A program made the translations under genes and the position numbers. Of a DNA stretch of 64,000 nucleotides, positions 24,001-39,000 are shown in pieces (within the stretch, counting starts at the first letter, position 1; each line of letters starts with the position of its first letter). This stretch comes from Eledone cirrhosa. Its lineage: Eukaryota. The notes under the pieces are model-generated. The model saw only the letters and a program-made list of their open reading frames with translations, searched no databases and had not been told where the DNA came from. Location: positions 325,376,001-325,440,000 of the forward strand of contig OZ024743.1 of assembly GCA_964016885.1 (NCBI GenBank), written 5' to 3'.

Positions 24001-27000
24001 AGTTATATTACTAAATCTATACAAATAGTGAGACTATGAGTTATATTACTAAATCTATACAAATAGTGAGACCAACAGTTATATTACTAAATCTATACAA
24101 ATAGCGAAACCCTGAGTTATATTACTAAATCTATACAAACTGAGACCATGAGTTATATTACTAAATCTATACAAATAGTGAGACTATCAGTTATATTACT
24201 AAATCTATACAAATAGTGAGACCATCAGTTATATTACTAAATCTATACAAATAGTGAGACTATGAGTTATATTACTAAATCTATACAAATAGTGAGACCA
24301 ACAGTTATATTACTAAATCTATACAAATAGTGAAACCATGAGTTATATTACTAAATCTATACAAATAGCGAAACCCTGAGTTATATTACTAAATCTATAC
24401 AAACTGAGACCATGAGTTATATTACTAAATCTATACAAATAGTGAGACTATCAGTTATATTACTAAATCTATACAAATAGTGAGACCATCAGTTATATTA
24501 CTAAATCTATACAAATAGTGAAACCATGAGTTATATTACTAAATCTATACAAATAGCGAAACTATGAGTTATATTACTAAATCTATACAAATAGTGAAAC
24601 CATGAGTTATATTACTAAATCTATACAAATAGTGAGACTATGAGTTATATTACTAAATCTATACAAATAGTGAGACCATCAGTTATATTACTAAATCTAT
24701 ACAAATAGTGAAACCATGAGTTATATTACTAAATCTATACAAATAGTGAAACTATGAGTTATATTACTAAATCTATACAAACAGTGAAACCATGAGTTAT
24801 ATTACTAAATCTATACAAATAGTGAGACCATCAGTTATATTACTAAATCTATACAAATAGTGAAACCATCAGTTATATTACTAAATCTATACAAACAGTG
24901 AAACCATCAGTTATATTACTAAATCTATACAAATAGTGAGACTATGAGTTATATTACTAAATCTATACAAATAGTGAGACTATGAGTTATATTACTAAAT
25001 CTATACAAATAGTGAGACTATGAGTTATATTACTAAATCTATACAAACAGTGAAACCATCAGTTATATTACTAAATCTATACAAATAGTGAAACCATGAG
25101 TTATATTACTAAATCTATACAAATAGTGAGACTATGAGTTATATTACTAAATCTATACAAATAGTGAGACCATCAGTTATATTACTAAATCTATACAAAT
25201 AGTGAAACCATGAGTTATATTACTAAATCTATACAAATAGCGAAACTATGAGTTATATTACTAAATCTATACAAATAGTGAAACCATGAGTTATATTACT
25301 AAATCTATACAAATAGTGAGACTATGAGTTATATTACTAAATCTATACAAACAGTGAAACCATCAGTTATATTACTAAATCTATACAAATAGTGAAACCA
25401 TGAGTTATATTACTAAATCTATACAAATAGTGAGACTATGAGTTATATTACTAAATCTATACAAATAGTGAGACCATCAGTTATATTACTAAATCTATAC
25501 AAATAGTGAAACCATGAGTTATATTACTAAATCTATACAAATAGCGAAACTATGAGTTATATTACTAAATCTATACAAATAGTGAAACCATGAGTTATAT
25601 TACTAAATCTATACAAATAGTGAGACTATGAGTTATATTACTAAATCTATACAAATAGTGAGACCATCAGTTATATTACTAAATCTATACAAATAGTGAA
25701 ACCATGAGTTATATTACTAAATCTATACAAATAGTGAAACTATGAGTTATATTACTAAATCTATACAAACAGTGAAACCATGAGTTATATTACTAAATCT
25801 ATACAAATAGTGAGACCATCAGTTATATTACTAAATCTATACAAATAGTGAAACCATCAGTTATATTACTAAATCTATACAAACAGTGAAACCATCAGTT
25901 ATATTACTAAATCTATACAAATAGTGAGACTATGAGTTATATTACTAAATCTATACAAATAGTGAGACTCTAAGTTATATTACTAAATCTATACAAATAG
26001 TGAGACTATGAGTTATATTACTAAATCTATACAAACAGTGAAACCATCAGTTATATTACTAAATCTATACAAATAGTGAAACCATCAGTTATATTACTAA
26101 ATCTATACAAACAGTGAAACCATCAGTTATATTACTAAATCTATACAAATAGTGAAACCACCAGTTATTTTACTAAATCTATACAAACAGTGAAATCATC
26201 AGTTATATTACTAAATCTATACAAATAGTGAAACCATCAGTTATATTACTAAATCTAATCAAATAGTGAAACCATCAGTTATATTACTAAATCTATACAA
26301 ACAGTGAAACCATCAGTTATATTACTAAATCTATACAAATAGTGAGACTATCAGTTATATTACTAAATCTATACAAACAGTGAAACCATCAGTTATATTA
26401 CTAAATCTATACAAATAGTGAGACTATCAGTTATATTAATAAATCTATACAAATAGTGAAACCATCAGTTATATTACTAAATCTATACAAATAGTTAGAC
26501 TATGAGTTATATTACTAAATCTATACAAATAGTGAGACCATCAGTTATATTACTAAATCTATACAAATAGTGAGACTATGAGTTATATTACTAAATCTAT
26601 ACAAATAGTGAGACTATGAGTTATATTACTAAATCTATACAAATAGTGAGACCATCAGTTATATTACTAAATCTATACAAATAGTGAAACCATGAGTTAT
26701 ATTACTAAATCTATACAAATAGTGAAACTATGAGTTATATTACTAAATCTATACAAATAGTGAGACCATCAGTTATATTACTAAATCTATACAAATAGTG
26801 AGACTATGAGTTATATTACTAAATCTATACAAATAGTGAGACTATGAGTTATATTACTAAATCTATACAAATAGTGAGACTATGAGTTATATTACTAAAT
26901 CTATACAAATAGTGAGACTATGAGTTATATTACTAAATCTATACAAATAGTGAGACTATGAGTTATATTACTAAATCTATACAAATAGTGAGACTATGAG

Positions 27001-30000
27001 TTATATTACTAAATCTATACAAATAGTGAGACTATCAGTTATATTACTAAATCTATACAAATAGTGAGACTATCAGTTATATTACTAAATCTATACAAAT
27101 AGTGAGACTATCAGTTATATTACTAAATCTATACAAATAGTGAGACTATCAGTTATATTACTAAATCTATACAAATAGTGAGACTATCAGTTATATGACT
27201 AAATCTATACAAATAGTGAGACTATCAGTTATATTACTAAATCTATACAAATAGTGAGACTATCAGTTATATTACTAAATCTATACAAATAGTGAGACTA
27301 TCAGTTATATTACTAAATCTATACAAACAGTGAGACTATCAGTTATATTACTAAATCTATACAAATAGTGAGACCATCAGTTATATTACTAAATCTATAC
27401 AAATAGTGAGACTATGAGTTATATTACTAAACCTATACAAATAGTGAGACTATGAGTTATATTACTAAATCTATACAAATAGTGAGACTATCAGTTATAT
27501 TACTAAATCTATACAAATAGTGAGACTATGAGTTATATTACTAAATCTATACAAACAGTGAAACCATCAGTTATATTACTAAATCTATACAAATAGTGAA
27601 ACCATCAGTTATATTACTAAATCTATACAAACAGTGAAACCATCAGTTATATTACTAAATCTATACAAATAGTGAAACCACCAGTTATTTTACTAAATCT
27701 ATACAAACAGTGAAATCATCAGTTATATTACTAAATCTATACAAATAGTGAAACCATCAGTTATATTACTAAATCTAATCAAATAGTGAAACCATCAGTT
27801 ATATTACTAAATCTATACAAACAGTGAAACCATCAGTTATATTACTAAATCTATACAAATAGTGAGACTATCAGTTATATTACTAAATCTATACAAACAG
27901 TGAAACCATCAGTTATATTACTAAATCTATACAAATAGTGAGACTATCAGTTATATTAATAAATCTATACAAATAGTGAAACCATCAGTTATATTACTAA
28001 ATCTATACAAATAGTTAGACTATGAGTTATATTACTAAATCTATACAAATAGTGAGACCATCAGTTATATTACTAAATCTATACAAATAGTGAGACTATG
28101 AGTTATATTACTAAATCTATACAAATAGTGAGACTATGAGTTATATTACTAAATCTATACAAATAGTGAGACCATCAGTTATATTACTAAATCTATACAA
28201 ATAGTGAAACCATCAGTTATATTACTAAATCTATACAAATAGTGAAACTATGAGTTATATTACTAAATCTATACAAATAGTGAGACCATCAGTTATATTA
28301 CTAAATCTATACAAATAGTGAGACTATGAGTTATATTACTAAATCTATACAAATAGTGAGACTATGAGTTATATTACTAAATCTATACAAATAGTGAGAC
28401 TATGAGTTATATTACTAAATCTATACAAATAGTGAGACTATGAGTTATATTACTAAATCTATACAAATAGTGAGACTATGAGTTATATTACTAAATCTAT
28501 ACAAATAGTGAGACTATCAGTTATATTACTAAATCTATACAAATAGTGAGACTATGAGTTATATTACTAAATCTATACAAACAGTGAAACCATCAGTTAT
28601 ATTACTAAATCTATACAAATAGTGAAACCATCAGTTATATTACTAAATCTATACAAACAGTGAAACCATCAGTTATATTACTAAATCTATACAAATAGTG
28701 AAACCACCAGTTATTTTACTAAATCTATACAAACAGTGAAATCATCAGTTATATTACTAAATCTATACAAATAGTGAAACCATCAGTTATATTACTAAAT
28801 CTAATCAAATAGTGAAACCATCAGTTATATTACTAAATCTATACAAACAGTGAAACCATCAGTTATATTACTAAATCTATACAAATAGTGAGACTATCAG
28901 TTATATTACTAAATCTATACAAACAGTGAAACCATCAGTTATATTACTAAATCTATACAAATAGTGAGACTATCAGTTATATTAATAAATCTATACAAAT
29001 AGTGAAACCATCAGTTATATTACTAAATCTATACAAATAGTTAGACTATGAGTTATATTACTAAATCTATACAAATAGTGAGACCATCAGTTATATTACT
29101 AAATCTATACAAATAGTGAGACTATGAGTTATATTACTAAATCTATACAAATAGTGAGACTATGAGTTATATTACTAAATCTATACAAATAGTGAGACCA
29201 TCAGTTATATTACTAAATCTATACAAATAGTGAAACCATGAGTTATATTACTAAATCTATACAAATAGTGAAACTATGAGTTATATTACTAAATCTATAC
29301 AAATAGTGAGACCATCAGTTATATTACTAAATCTATACAAATAGTGAGACTATGAGTTATATTACTAAATCTATACAAATAGTGAGACTATGAGTTATAT
29401 TACTAAATCTATACAAATAGTGAGACTATGAGTTATATTACTAAATCTATACAAATAGTGAGACTATGAGTTATATTACTAAATCTATACAAATAGTGAG
29501 ACTATGAGTTATATTACTAAATCTATACAAATAGTGAGACTATGAGTTATATTACTAAATCTATACAAATAGTGAGACTATCAGTTATATTACTAAATCT
29601 ATACAAATAGTGAGACTATCAGTTATATTACTAAATCTATACAAATAGTGAGACTATCAGTTATATTACTAAATCTATACAAATAGTGAGACTATCAGTT
29701 ATATTACTAAATCTATACAAATAGTGAGACTATCAGTTATATTACTAAATCTATACAAATAGTGAGACTATCAGTTATATTACTAAATCTATACAAATAG
29801 TGAGACTATCAGTTATATTACTAAATCTATACAAATAGTGAGACTATCAGTTATATTACTAAATCTATACAAACAGTGAGACTATCAGTTATATTACTAA
29901 ATCTATACAAATAGTGAGACCATCAGTTATATTACTAAATCTATACAAATAGTGAGACTATGAGTTATATTACTAAATCTATACAAATAGTGAGACTATG

Positions 30001-33000
30001 AGTTATATTACTAAATCTATACAAATAGTGAGACTATCAGTTATATTACTAAATCTATACAAATAGTGAGACTATGAGTTATATTACTAAATCTATACAA
30101 ACAGTGAAACCATCAGTTATATTACTAAATCTATACAAATAGTGAAACCATCAGTTATATTACTAAATCTATACAAACAGTGAAACCATCAGTTATATTA
30201 CTAAATCTATACAAATAGTGAAACCACCAGTTATTTTACTAAATCTATACAAACAGTGAAATCATCAGTTATATTACTAAATCTATACAAATAGTGAAAC
30301 CATCAGTTATATTACTAAATCTAATCAAATAGTGAAACCATCAGTTATATTACTAAATCTATACAAACAGTGAAACCATCAGTTATATTACTAAATCTAT
30401 ACAAATAGTGAGACTATCAGTTATATTACTAAATCTATACAAACAGTGAAACCATCAGTTATATTACTAAATCTATACAAATAGTGAGACTATCAGTTAT
30501 ATTAATAAATCTATACAAATAGTGAAACCATCAGTTATATTACTAAATCTATACAAATAGTTAGACTATGAGTTATATTACTAAATCTATACAAATAGTG
30601 AGACCATCAGTTATATTACTAAATCTATACAAATAGTGAGACTATGAGTTATATTACTAAATCTATACAAATAGTGAGACTATGAGTTATATTACTAAAT
30701 CTATACAAATAGTGAGACCATCAGTTATATTACTAAATCTATACAAATAGTGAAACCATGAGTTATATTACTAAATCTATACAAATAGTGAAACTATGAG
30801 TTATATTACTAAATCTATACAAATAGTGAGACCATCAGTTATATTACTAAATCTATACAAATAGTGAGACTATGAGTTATATTACTAAATCTATACAAAT
30901 AGTGAGACTATGAGTTATATTACTAAATCTATACAAATAGTGAGACTATGAGTTATATTACTAAATCTATACAAATAGTGAGACTATGAGTTATATTACT
31001 AAATCTATACAAATAGTGAGACTATGAGTTATATTACTAAATCTATACAAATAGTGAGACTATCAGTTATATTACTAAATCTATACAAATAGTGAGACTA
31101 TCAGTTATATTACTAAATCTATACAAATAGTGAGACTATCAGTTATATTACTAAATCTATACAAATAGTGAGACTATCAGTTATATTACTAAATCTATAC
31201 AAATAGTGAGACTATCAGTTATATTACTAAATCTATACAAATAGTGAGACTATCAGTTATATTACTAAATCTATACAAATAGTGAGACTATCAGTTATAT
31301 TACTAAATCTATACAAATAGTGAGACTATCAGTTATATTACTAAATCTATACAAACAGTGAGACTATCAGTTATATTACTAAATCTATACAAATAGTGAG
31401 ACCATCAGTTATATTACTAAATCTATACAAATAGTGAGACTATGAGTTATATTACTAAATCTATACAAATAGTGAGACTATGAGTTATATTACTAAATCT
31501 ATACAAATAGTGAGACTATCAGTTATATTACTAAATCTATACAAATAGTGAGACTATCAGTTATATTACTAAATCTATACAAATAGTGAGACTATCAGTT
31601 ATATTACTAAATCTATACAAATAGTGAGACTATCAGTTATATTACTAAATCTATACAAATAGTGAGACTATCAGTTATAACTGAGTTATATTACTAAATC
31701 TATACAAATAGTGAAACTATCAGTTATATTACTAAATCTATACAAATAGTGAGACTATGAGTTATATTACTAAATCTATACAAATAGTGAGACTATGAGT
31801 TATATTACTAAATCTATACAAATAGTGAGACTATCAGTTATATTACTAAATCTATACAAATAGTGAGACCATGAGTTATATTACTAAATCTATACAAATA
31901 GTGAGACTATCAGTTATATTACTAAATCTATACAAACAGTGAAACCATCAGTTATATTACTAAATCTATACAAATAGTGAGACTATCAGTTATATTACTA
32001 AATCTATACAAACAGTGAAACCATCAGTTATATTACTAAATCTATACAAATAGTGAGACTATCAGTTATATTACTAAATCTATACAAATAGTGAAACCAT
32101 CAGTTATATTACTAAATCTATACAAATAGTGAGACTATGAGTTATATTACTAAATCTATACAAATAGTGAGACCATCAGTTATATTACTAAATCTATACA
32201 AATAGTGAGACTATGAGTTATATTACTAAATCTATACAAATAGTGAGACTATGAGTTATATTACTAAATCTATACAAATAGTGAGACCATCAGTTATATT
32301 ACTAAATCTATACAAATAGTGAAACCATGAGTTATATTACTAAATCTATACAAATAATGAAACCATGAGTTATATTACTAAATCTATACAAATAGTGAAA
32401 CTATGAGTTATATTACTAAATCTATACAAATAGTGAAACCATGAGTTATATTACTAAATCTATACAAATAGTGAGACCATCAGTTATATTACTAAATCTA
32501 TACAAATAGTGAAACCATGAGTTTTATTACTAAATCTATACAAATAATGAAACCATGAGTTATATTACTAAATCTATACAAATAGTGAAACCATGAGTTA
32601 TATTACTAAATCTATACAAATAATGAAACCATGAGTTATATTACTAAATCTATACAAATAGTGAAACTATGAGTTATATTACTAAATCTATACAAATAGT
32701 GAAACCATGAGTTATATTACTAAATCTATACAAATAGTGAGACTATGAGTTATATTACTAAATCTATACAAATAGTGAGACCATCAGTTATATTACTAAA
32801 TCTATACAAATAGTGAAACCATGAGTTATATTACTAAATCTATACAAATAGCGAAACTATGAGTTATATTACTAAATCTATACAAATAGTGAAACCATGA
32901 GTTATATTACTAAATCTATACAAATAGTGAGACTATGAGTTATATTACTAAATCTATACAAATAGTGAGACCATCAGTTATATTACTAAATCTATACAAA

Positions 33001-36000
33001 TAGTGAAACCATGAGTTATATTACTAAATCTATACAAATAGTGAAACTATGAGTTATATTACTAAATCTATACAAACAGTGAAACCATGAGTTATATTAC
33101 TAAATCTATACAAATAGTGAGACCATCAGTTATATTACTAAATCTATACAAATAGTGAAACCATCAGTTATATTACTAAATCTATACAAACAGTGAAACC
33201 ATCAGTTATATTACTAAATCTATACAAATAGTGAGACTATGAGTTATATTACTAAATCTATACAAATAGTGAGACTCTGAGTTATATTACTAAATCTATA
33301 CAAATAGTGAGACTATGAGTTATATTACTAAATCTATACAAACAGTGAAACCATCAGTTATATTACTAAATCTATACAAATAGTGAAACCATCAGTTATA
33401 TTACTAAATCTATACAAACAGTGAAACCATCAGTTATATTACTAAATCTATACAAATAGTGAAACCACCAGTTATTTTACTAAATCTATACAAACAGTGA
33501 AATCATCAGTTATATTACTAAATCTATACAAATAGTGAAACCATCAGTTATATTACTAAATCTAATCAAATAGTGAAACCATCAGTTATATTACTAAATC
33601 TATACAAACAGTGAAACCATCAGTTATATTACTAAATCTATACAAATAGTGAGACTATCAGTTATATTAATAAATCTATACAAATAGTGAAACCATCAGT
33701 TATATTACTAAATCTATACAAATAGTTAGACTATGAGTTATATTACTAAATCTATACAAATAGTGAGACCATCAGTTATATTACTAAATCTATACAAATA
33801 GTGAGACTATGAGTTATATTACTAAATCTATACAAATAGTGAGACTATGAGTTATATTACTAAATCTATACAAATAGTGAGACCATCAGTTATATTACTA
33901 AATCTATACAAATAGTGAAACCATGAGTTATATTACTAAATCTATACAAATAGTGAAACTATGAGTTATATTACTAAATCTATACAAATAGTGAGACCAT
34001 CAGTTATATTACTAAATCTATACAAATAGTGAGACTATGAGTTATATTACTAAATCTATACAAATAGTGAGACTATGAGTTATATTACTAAATCTATACA
34101 AATAGTGAGACTATGAGTTATATTACTAAATCTATACAAATAGTGAGACTATGAGTTATATTACTAAATCTATACAAATAGTGAGACTATGAGTTATATT
34201 ACTAAATCTATACAAATAGTGAGACTATGAGTTATATTACTAAATCTATACAAATAGTGAGACTATCAGTTATATTACTAAATCTATACAAATAGTGAGA
34301 CTATCAGTTATATTACTAAATCTATACAAATAGTGAGACTATCAGTTATATTACTAAATCTATACAAATAGTGAGACTATCAGTTATATTACTAAATCTA
34401 TACAAATAGTGAGACTATCAGTTATATTACTAAATCTATACAAATAGTGAGACTATCAGTTATATTACTAAATCTATACAAATAGTGAGACTATCAGTTA
34501 TATTACTAAATCTATACAAATAGTGAGACTATCAGTTATATTACTAAATCTATACAAACAGTGAGACTATCAGTTATATTACTAAATCTATACAAATAGT
34601 GAGACCATCAGTTATATTACTAAATCTATACAAATAGTGAGACTATGAGTTATATTACTAAATCTATACAAATAGTGAGACTATGAGTTATATTACTAAA
34701 TCTATACAAATAGTGAGACTATCAGTTATATTACTAAATCTATACAAATAGTGAGACTATGAGTTATATTACTAAATCTATACAAACAGTGAAACCATCA
34801 GTTATATTACTAAATCTATACAAATAGTGAAACCATCAGTTATATTACTAAATCTATACAAACAGTGAAACCATCAGTTATATTACTAAATCTATACAAA
34901 TAGTGAAACCACCAGTTATTTTACTAAATCTATACAAACAGTGAAATCATCAGTTATATTACTAAATCTATACAAATAGTGAAACCATCAGTTATATTAC
35001 TAAATCTAATCAAATAGTGAAACCATCAGTTATATTACTAAATCTATACAAACAGTGAAACCATCAGTTATATTACTAAATCTATACAAATAGTGAGACT
35101 ATCAGTTATATTACTAAATCTATACAAACAGTGAAACCATCAGTTATATTACTAAATCTATACAAATAGTGAGACTATCAGTTATATTAATAAATCTATA
35201 CAAATAGTGAAACCATCAGTTATATTACTAAATCTATACAAATAGTTAGACTATGAGTTATATTACTAAATCTATACAAATAGTGAGACCATCAGTTATA
35301 TTACTAAATCTATACAAATAGTGAGACTATGAGTTATATTACTAAATCTATACAAATAGTGAGACTATGAGTTATATTACTAAATCTATACAAATAGTGA
35401 GACCATCAGTTATATTACTAAATCTATACAAATAGTGAAACCATGAGTTATATTACTAAATCTATACAAATAGTGAAACTATGAGTTATATTACTAAATC
35501 TATACAAATAGTGAGACCATCAGTTATATTACTAAATCTATACAAATAGTGAGACTATGAGTTATATTACTAAATCTATACAAATAGTGAGACTATGAGT
35601 TATATTACTAAATCTATACAAATAGTGAGACTATGAGTTATATTACTAAATCTATACAAATAGTGAGACTATGAGTTATATTACTAAATCTATACAAATA
35701 GTGAGACTATGAGTTATATTACTAAATCTATACAAATAGTGAGACTATCAGTTATATTACTAAATCTATACAAATAGTGAGACTATGAGTTATATTACTA
35801 AATCTATACAAATAGTGAGACTATCAGTTATATTACTAAATCTATACAAATAGTGAGACTATCAGTTATATTACTAAATCTATACAAATAGTGAGACCAT
35901 CAGTTATATTACTAAATCTATACAAATAGTGAGACTATGAGTTATATTACTAAATCTATACAAATAGTGAGACTATGAGTTATATTACTAAATCTATACA

Positions 36001-39000
36001 AATAGTGAGACCATCAGTTATATTACTAAATCTATACAAATAGTGAAACCATGAGTCATATTACTAAATCTATACAAATAGTGAAACTATGAGTTATATT
36101 AATAAATCTATACAAATAGTGAGACTATGAGTTATATTACTAAATCTATACAAATAGTGAGACTATCAGTTATATTACTAAATCTATACAAATAGTGAGA
36201 CTATCAGTTATATTACTAAATCTATACAAATAGTGAGACCATCAGTTATATTACTAAATCTATACAAATAGTGAGACCATCAGTTATATTACTAAATCTA
36301 TACAAATAGTGAGACTATGAGTTATATTACTAAATCTATACAAATAGTGAGACTATCAGTTATATTACTAAATCTATACAAATAGTGAGACCATCAGTTA
36401 TATTACTAAATCTATACAAATAGTGAGACCATCAGTTATATTACTAAATCTATACAAATAGTGAGACCATCAGTTATATTACTAAATCTATACAAATAGT
36501 GAGACTATCAGTTATATTACTAAATCTATACAAATAGTGAGACTATCAGTTATATTACTAAATCTATGCAAATAGTGAGACCATGAGTTATATTACTAAA
36601 TCTATACAAATAGTGAGACTATCAGTTATATTTCTAAATCTATACAAATAGTGAGACTATCAGTTATATTACTAAATCTATACAAATAGTGAGACTATCA
36701 GTTATATTACTAAATCTATACAAATAGTGAGACCATCAGTTATATTACTAAATCTATACAAATAGTGAGACTATGAGTTATATTACTAAATCTATACAAA
36801 TAGTGAGACTATGAGTTATATTACTAAATCTATACAAATAGTGAGACCATCAGTTATATTACTAAATCTATACAAATAGTGAAACCATGAGTTATATTAC
36901 TAAATCTATACAAATAGTGAAACTATGAGTTATATTACTAAATCTATACAAATAGTGAGACTATGAGTTATATTACTAAATCTATACAAATAGTGAGACT
37001 ATGAGTTATATTACTAAATCTATACAAATAGTGAGACCATCAGTTATATTACTAAATCTATACAAATAGTGAAACCATGAGTTATATTACTAAATCTATA
37101 CAAATAGTGAAACTATGAGTTATATTACTAAATCTATACAAATAGTGAGACCATCAGTTATATTACTAAATCTATACAAATAGTGAGACTATGAGTTATA
37201 TTACTAAATCTATACAAATAGTGAGACTATGAGTTATATTACTAAATCTATACAAATAGTGAGACTATGAGTTATATTACTAAATCTATACAAATAGTGA
37301 GACTATGAGTTATATTACTAAATCTATACAAATAGTGAGACTATGAGTTATATTACTAAATCTATACAAATAGTGAGACTATGAGTTATATTACTAAATC
37401 TATACAAATAGTGAGACTATGAGTTATATTACTAAATCTATACAAATAGTGAGACTATGAGTTATATTACTAAATCTATACAAATAGTGAGACTATCAGT
37501 TATATTACCAAATCTATACAAATAGTGAGACCATCAGTTATATTACTAAATCTATACAAATAGTGAGACTATGAGTTATATTACTAAATCTATACAAATA
37601 GTGAGACTATGAGTTATATTACTAAATTTATACAAATAGTGAGACCATCAGTTATATTACTAAATCTATACAAATAGTGAAACCATGAGTCATATTACTA
37701 AATCTATACAAATAGTGAAACTATGAGTTATATTACTAAATCTATACAAATAGTGAGACTATGAGTTATATTACTAAATCTATACAAATAGTGAGACTAT
37801 GAGTTATATTACTAAATCTATACAAATAGTGAGACTATCAGTTATATTACTAAATCTATACAAATAGTGAGACCATCAGTTATATTACTAAATCTATACA
37901 AATAGTGAGACCATCAGTTATATTACTAAATCTATACAAATAGTGAGACTATGAGTTATATTACTAAATCTATACAAATAGTGAGACTATCAGTTATATT
38001 ACTAAATCTATACAAATAGTGAGACCATCAGTTATATTACTAAATCTATACAAATAGTGAGACCATCAGTTATATTACTAAATCTATACAAATAGTGAGA
38101 CCATCAGTTATATTACTAAATCTATACAAATAGTGAGACCATCAGTTATATTACTAAATCTATACAAATAGTGAGACTATCAGTTATATTACTAAATCTA
38201 TACAAATAGTGAGACTATCAGTTATATTACTAAATCTATGCAAATAGTGAGACCATGAGTTATATTACTAAATCTATACAAATAGTGAGACTATCAGTTA
38301 TATTTCTAAATCTATACAAATAGTGAGACTATCAGTTATATTACTAAATCTATACAAATAGTGAGACTATCAGTTATATTACTAAATCTATACAAATAGT
38401 GAGACCATCAGTTATATTACTAAATCTATACAAATAGTGAGACTATCAGTTATATTACTAAATCTATACAAATAGTGAGACTATCAGTTATATTACTAAA
38501 TCTATACAAATAGTGAGACTATCAGTTATATTACTAAATCTATACAAATAGTGAGACTATCAGTTATATTACTAAATCTATACAAATAGTGAGACTATCA
38601 GTTATATTACTAAATCTATACAAATAGTGAGACTATCAGTTATATTACTAAATCTATGCAAATAGTGAGACCATGAGTTATATTACTAAATCTATACAAA
38701 TAGTGAGACTATCAGTTATATTACTAAATCTATACAAATAGTGAGACTATCAGTTATATTACTAAATCTATACAAATAGTGAGACTATGAGTTATATTAC
38801 TAAATCTATACAAATAGTGAGACTATGAGTTATATTACTAAATCTATACAAATAGTGAGACTATCAGTTATATTACTAAATCTATACAAATAGTGAGACT
38901 ATCAGTTATATTACTAAATCTATACAAATAGTGAGACCATCAGTTATATTACTAAATCTATACAAATAGTGAGACCATCAGTTATATTACTAAATCTATA

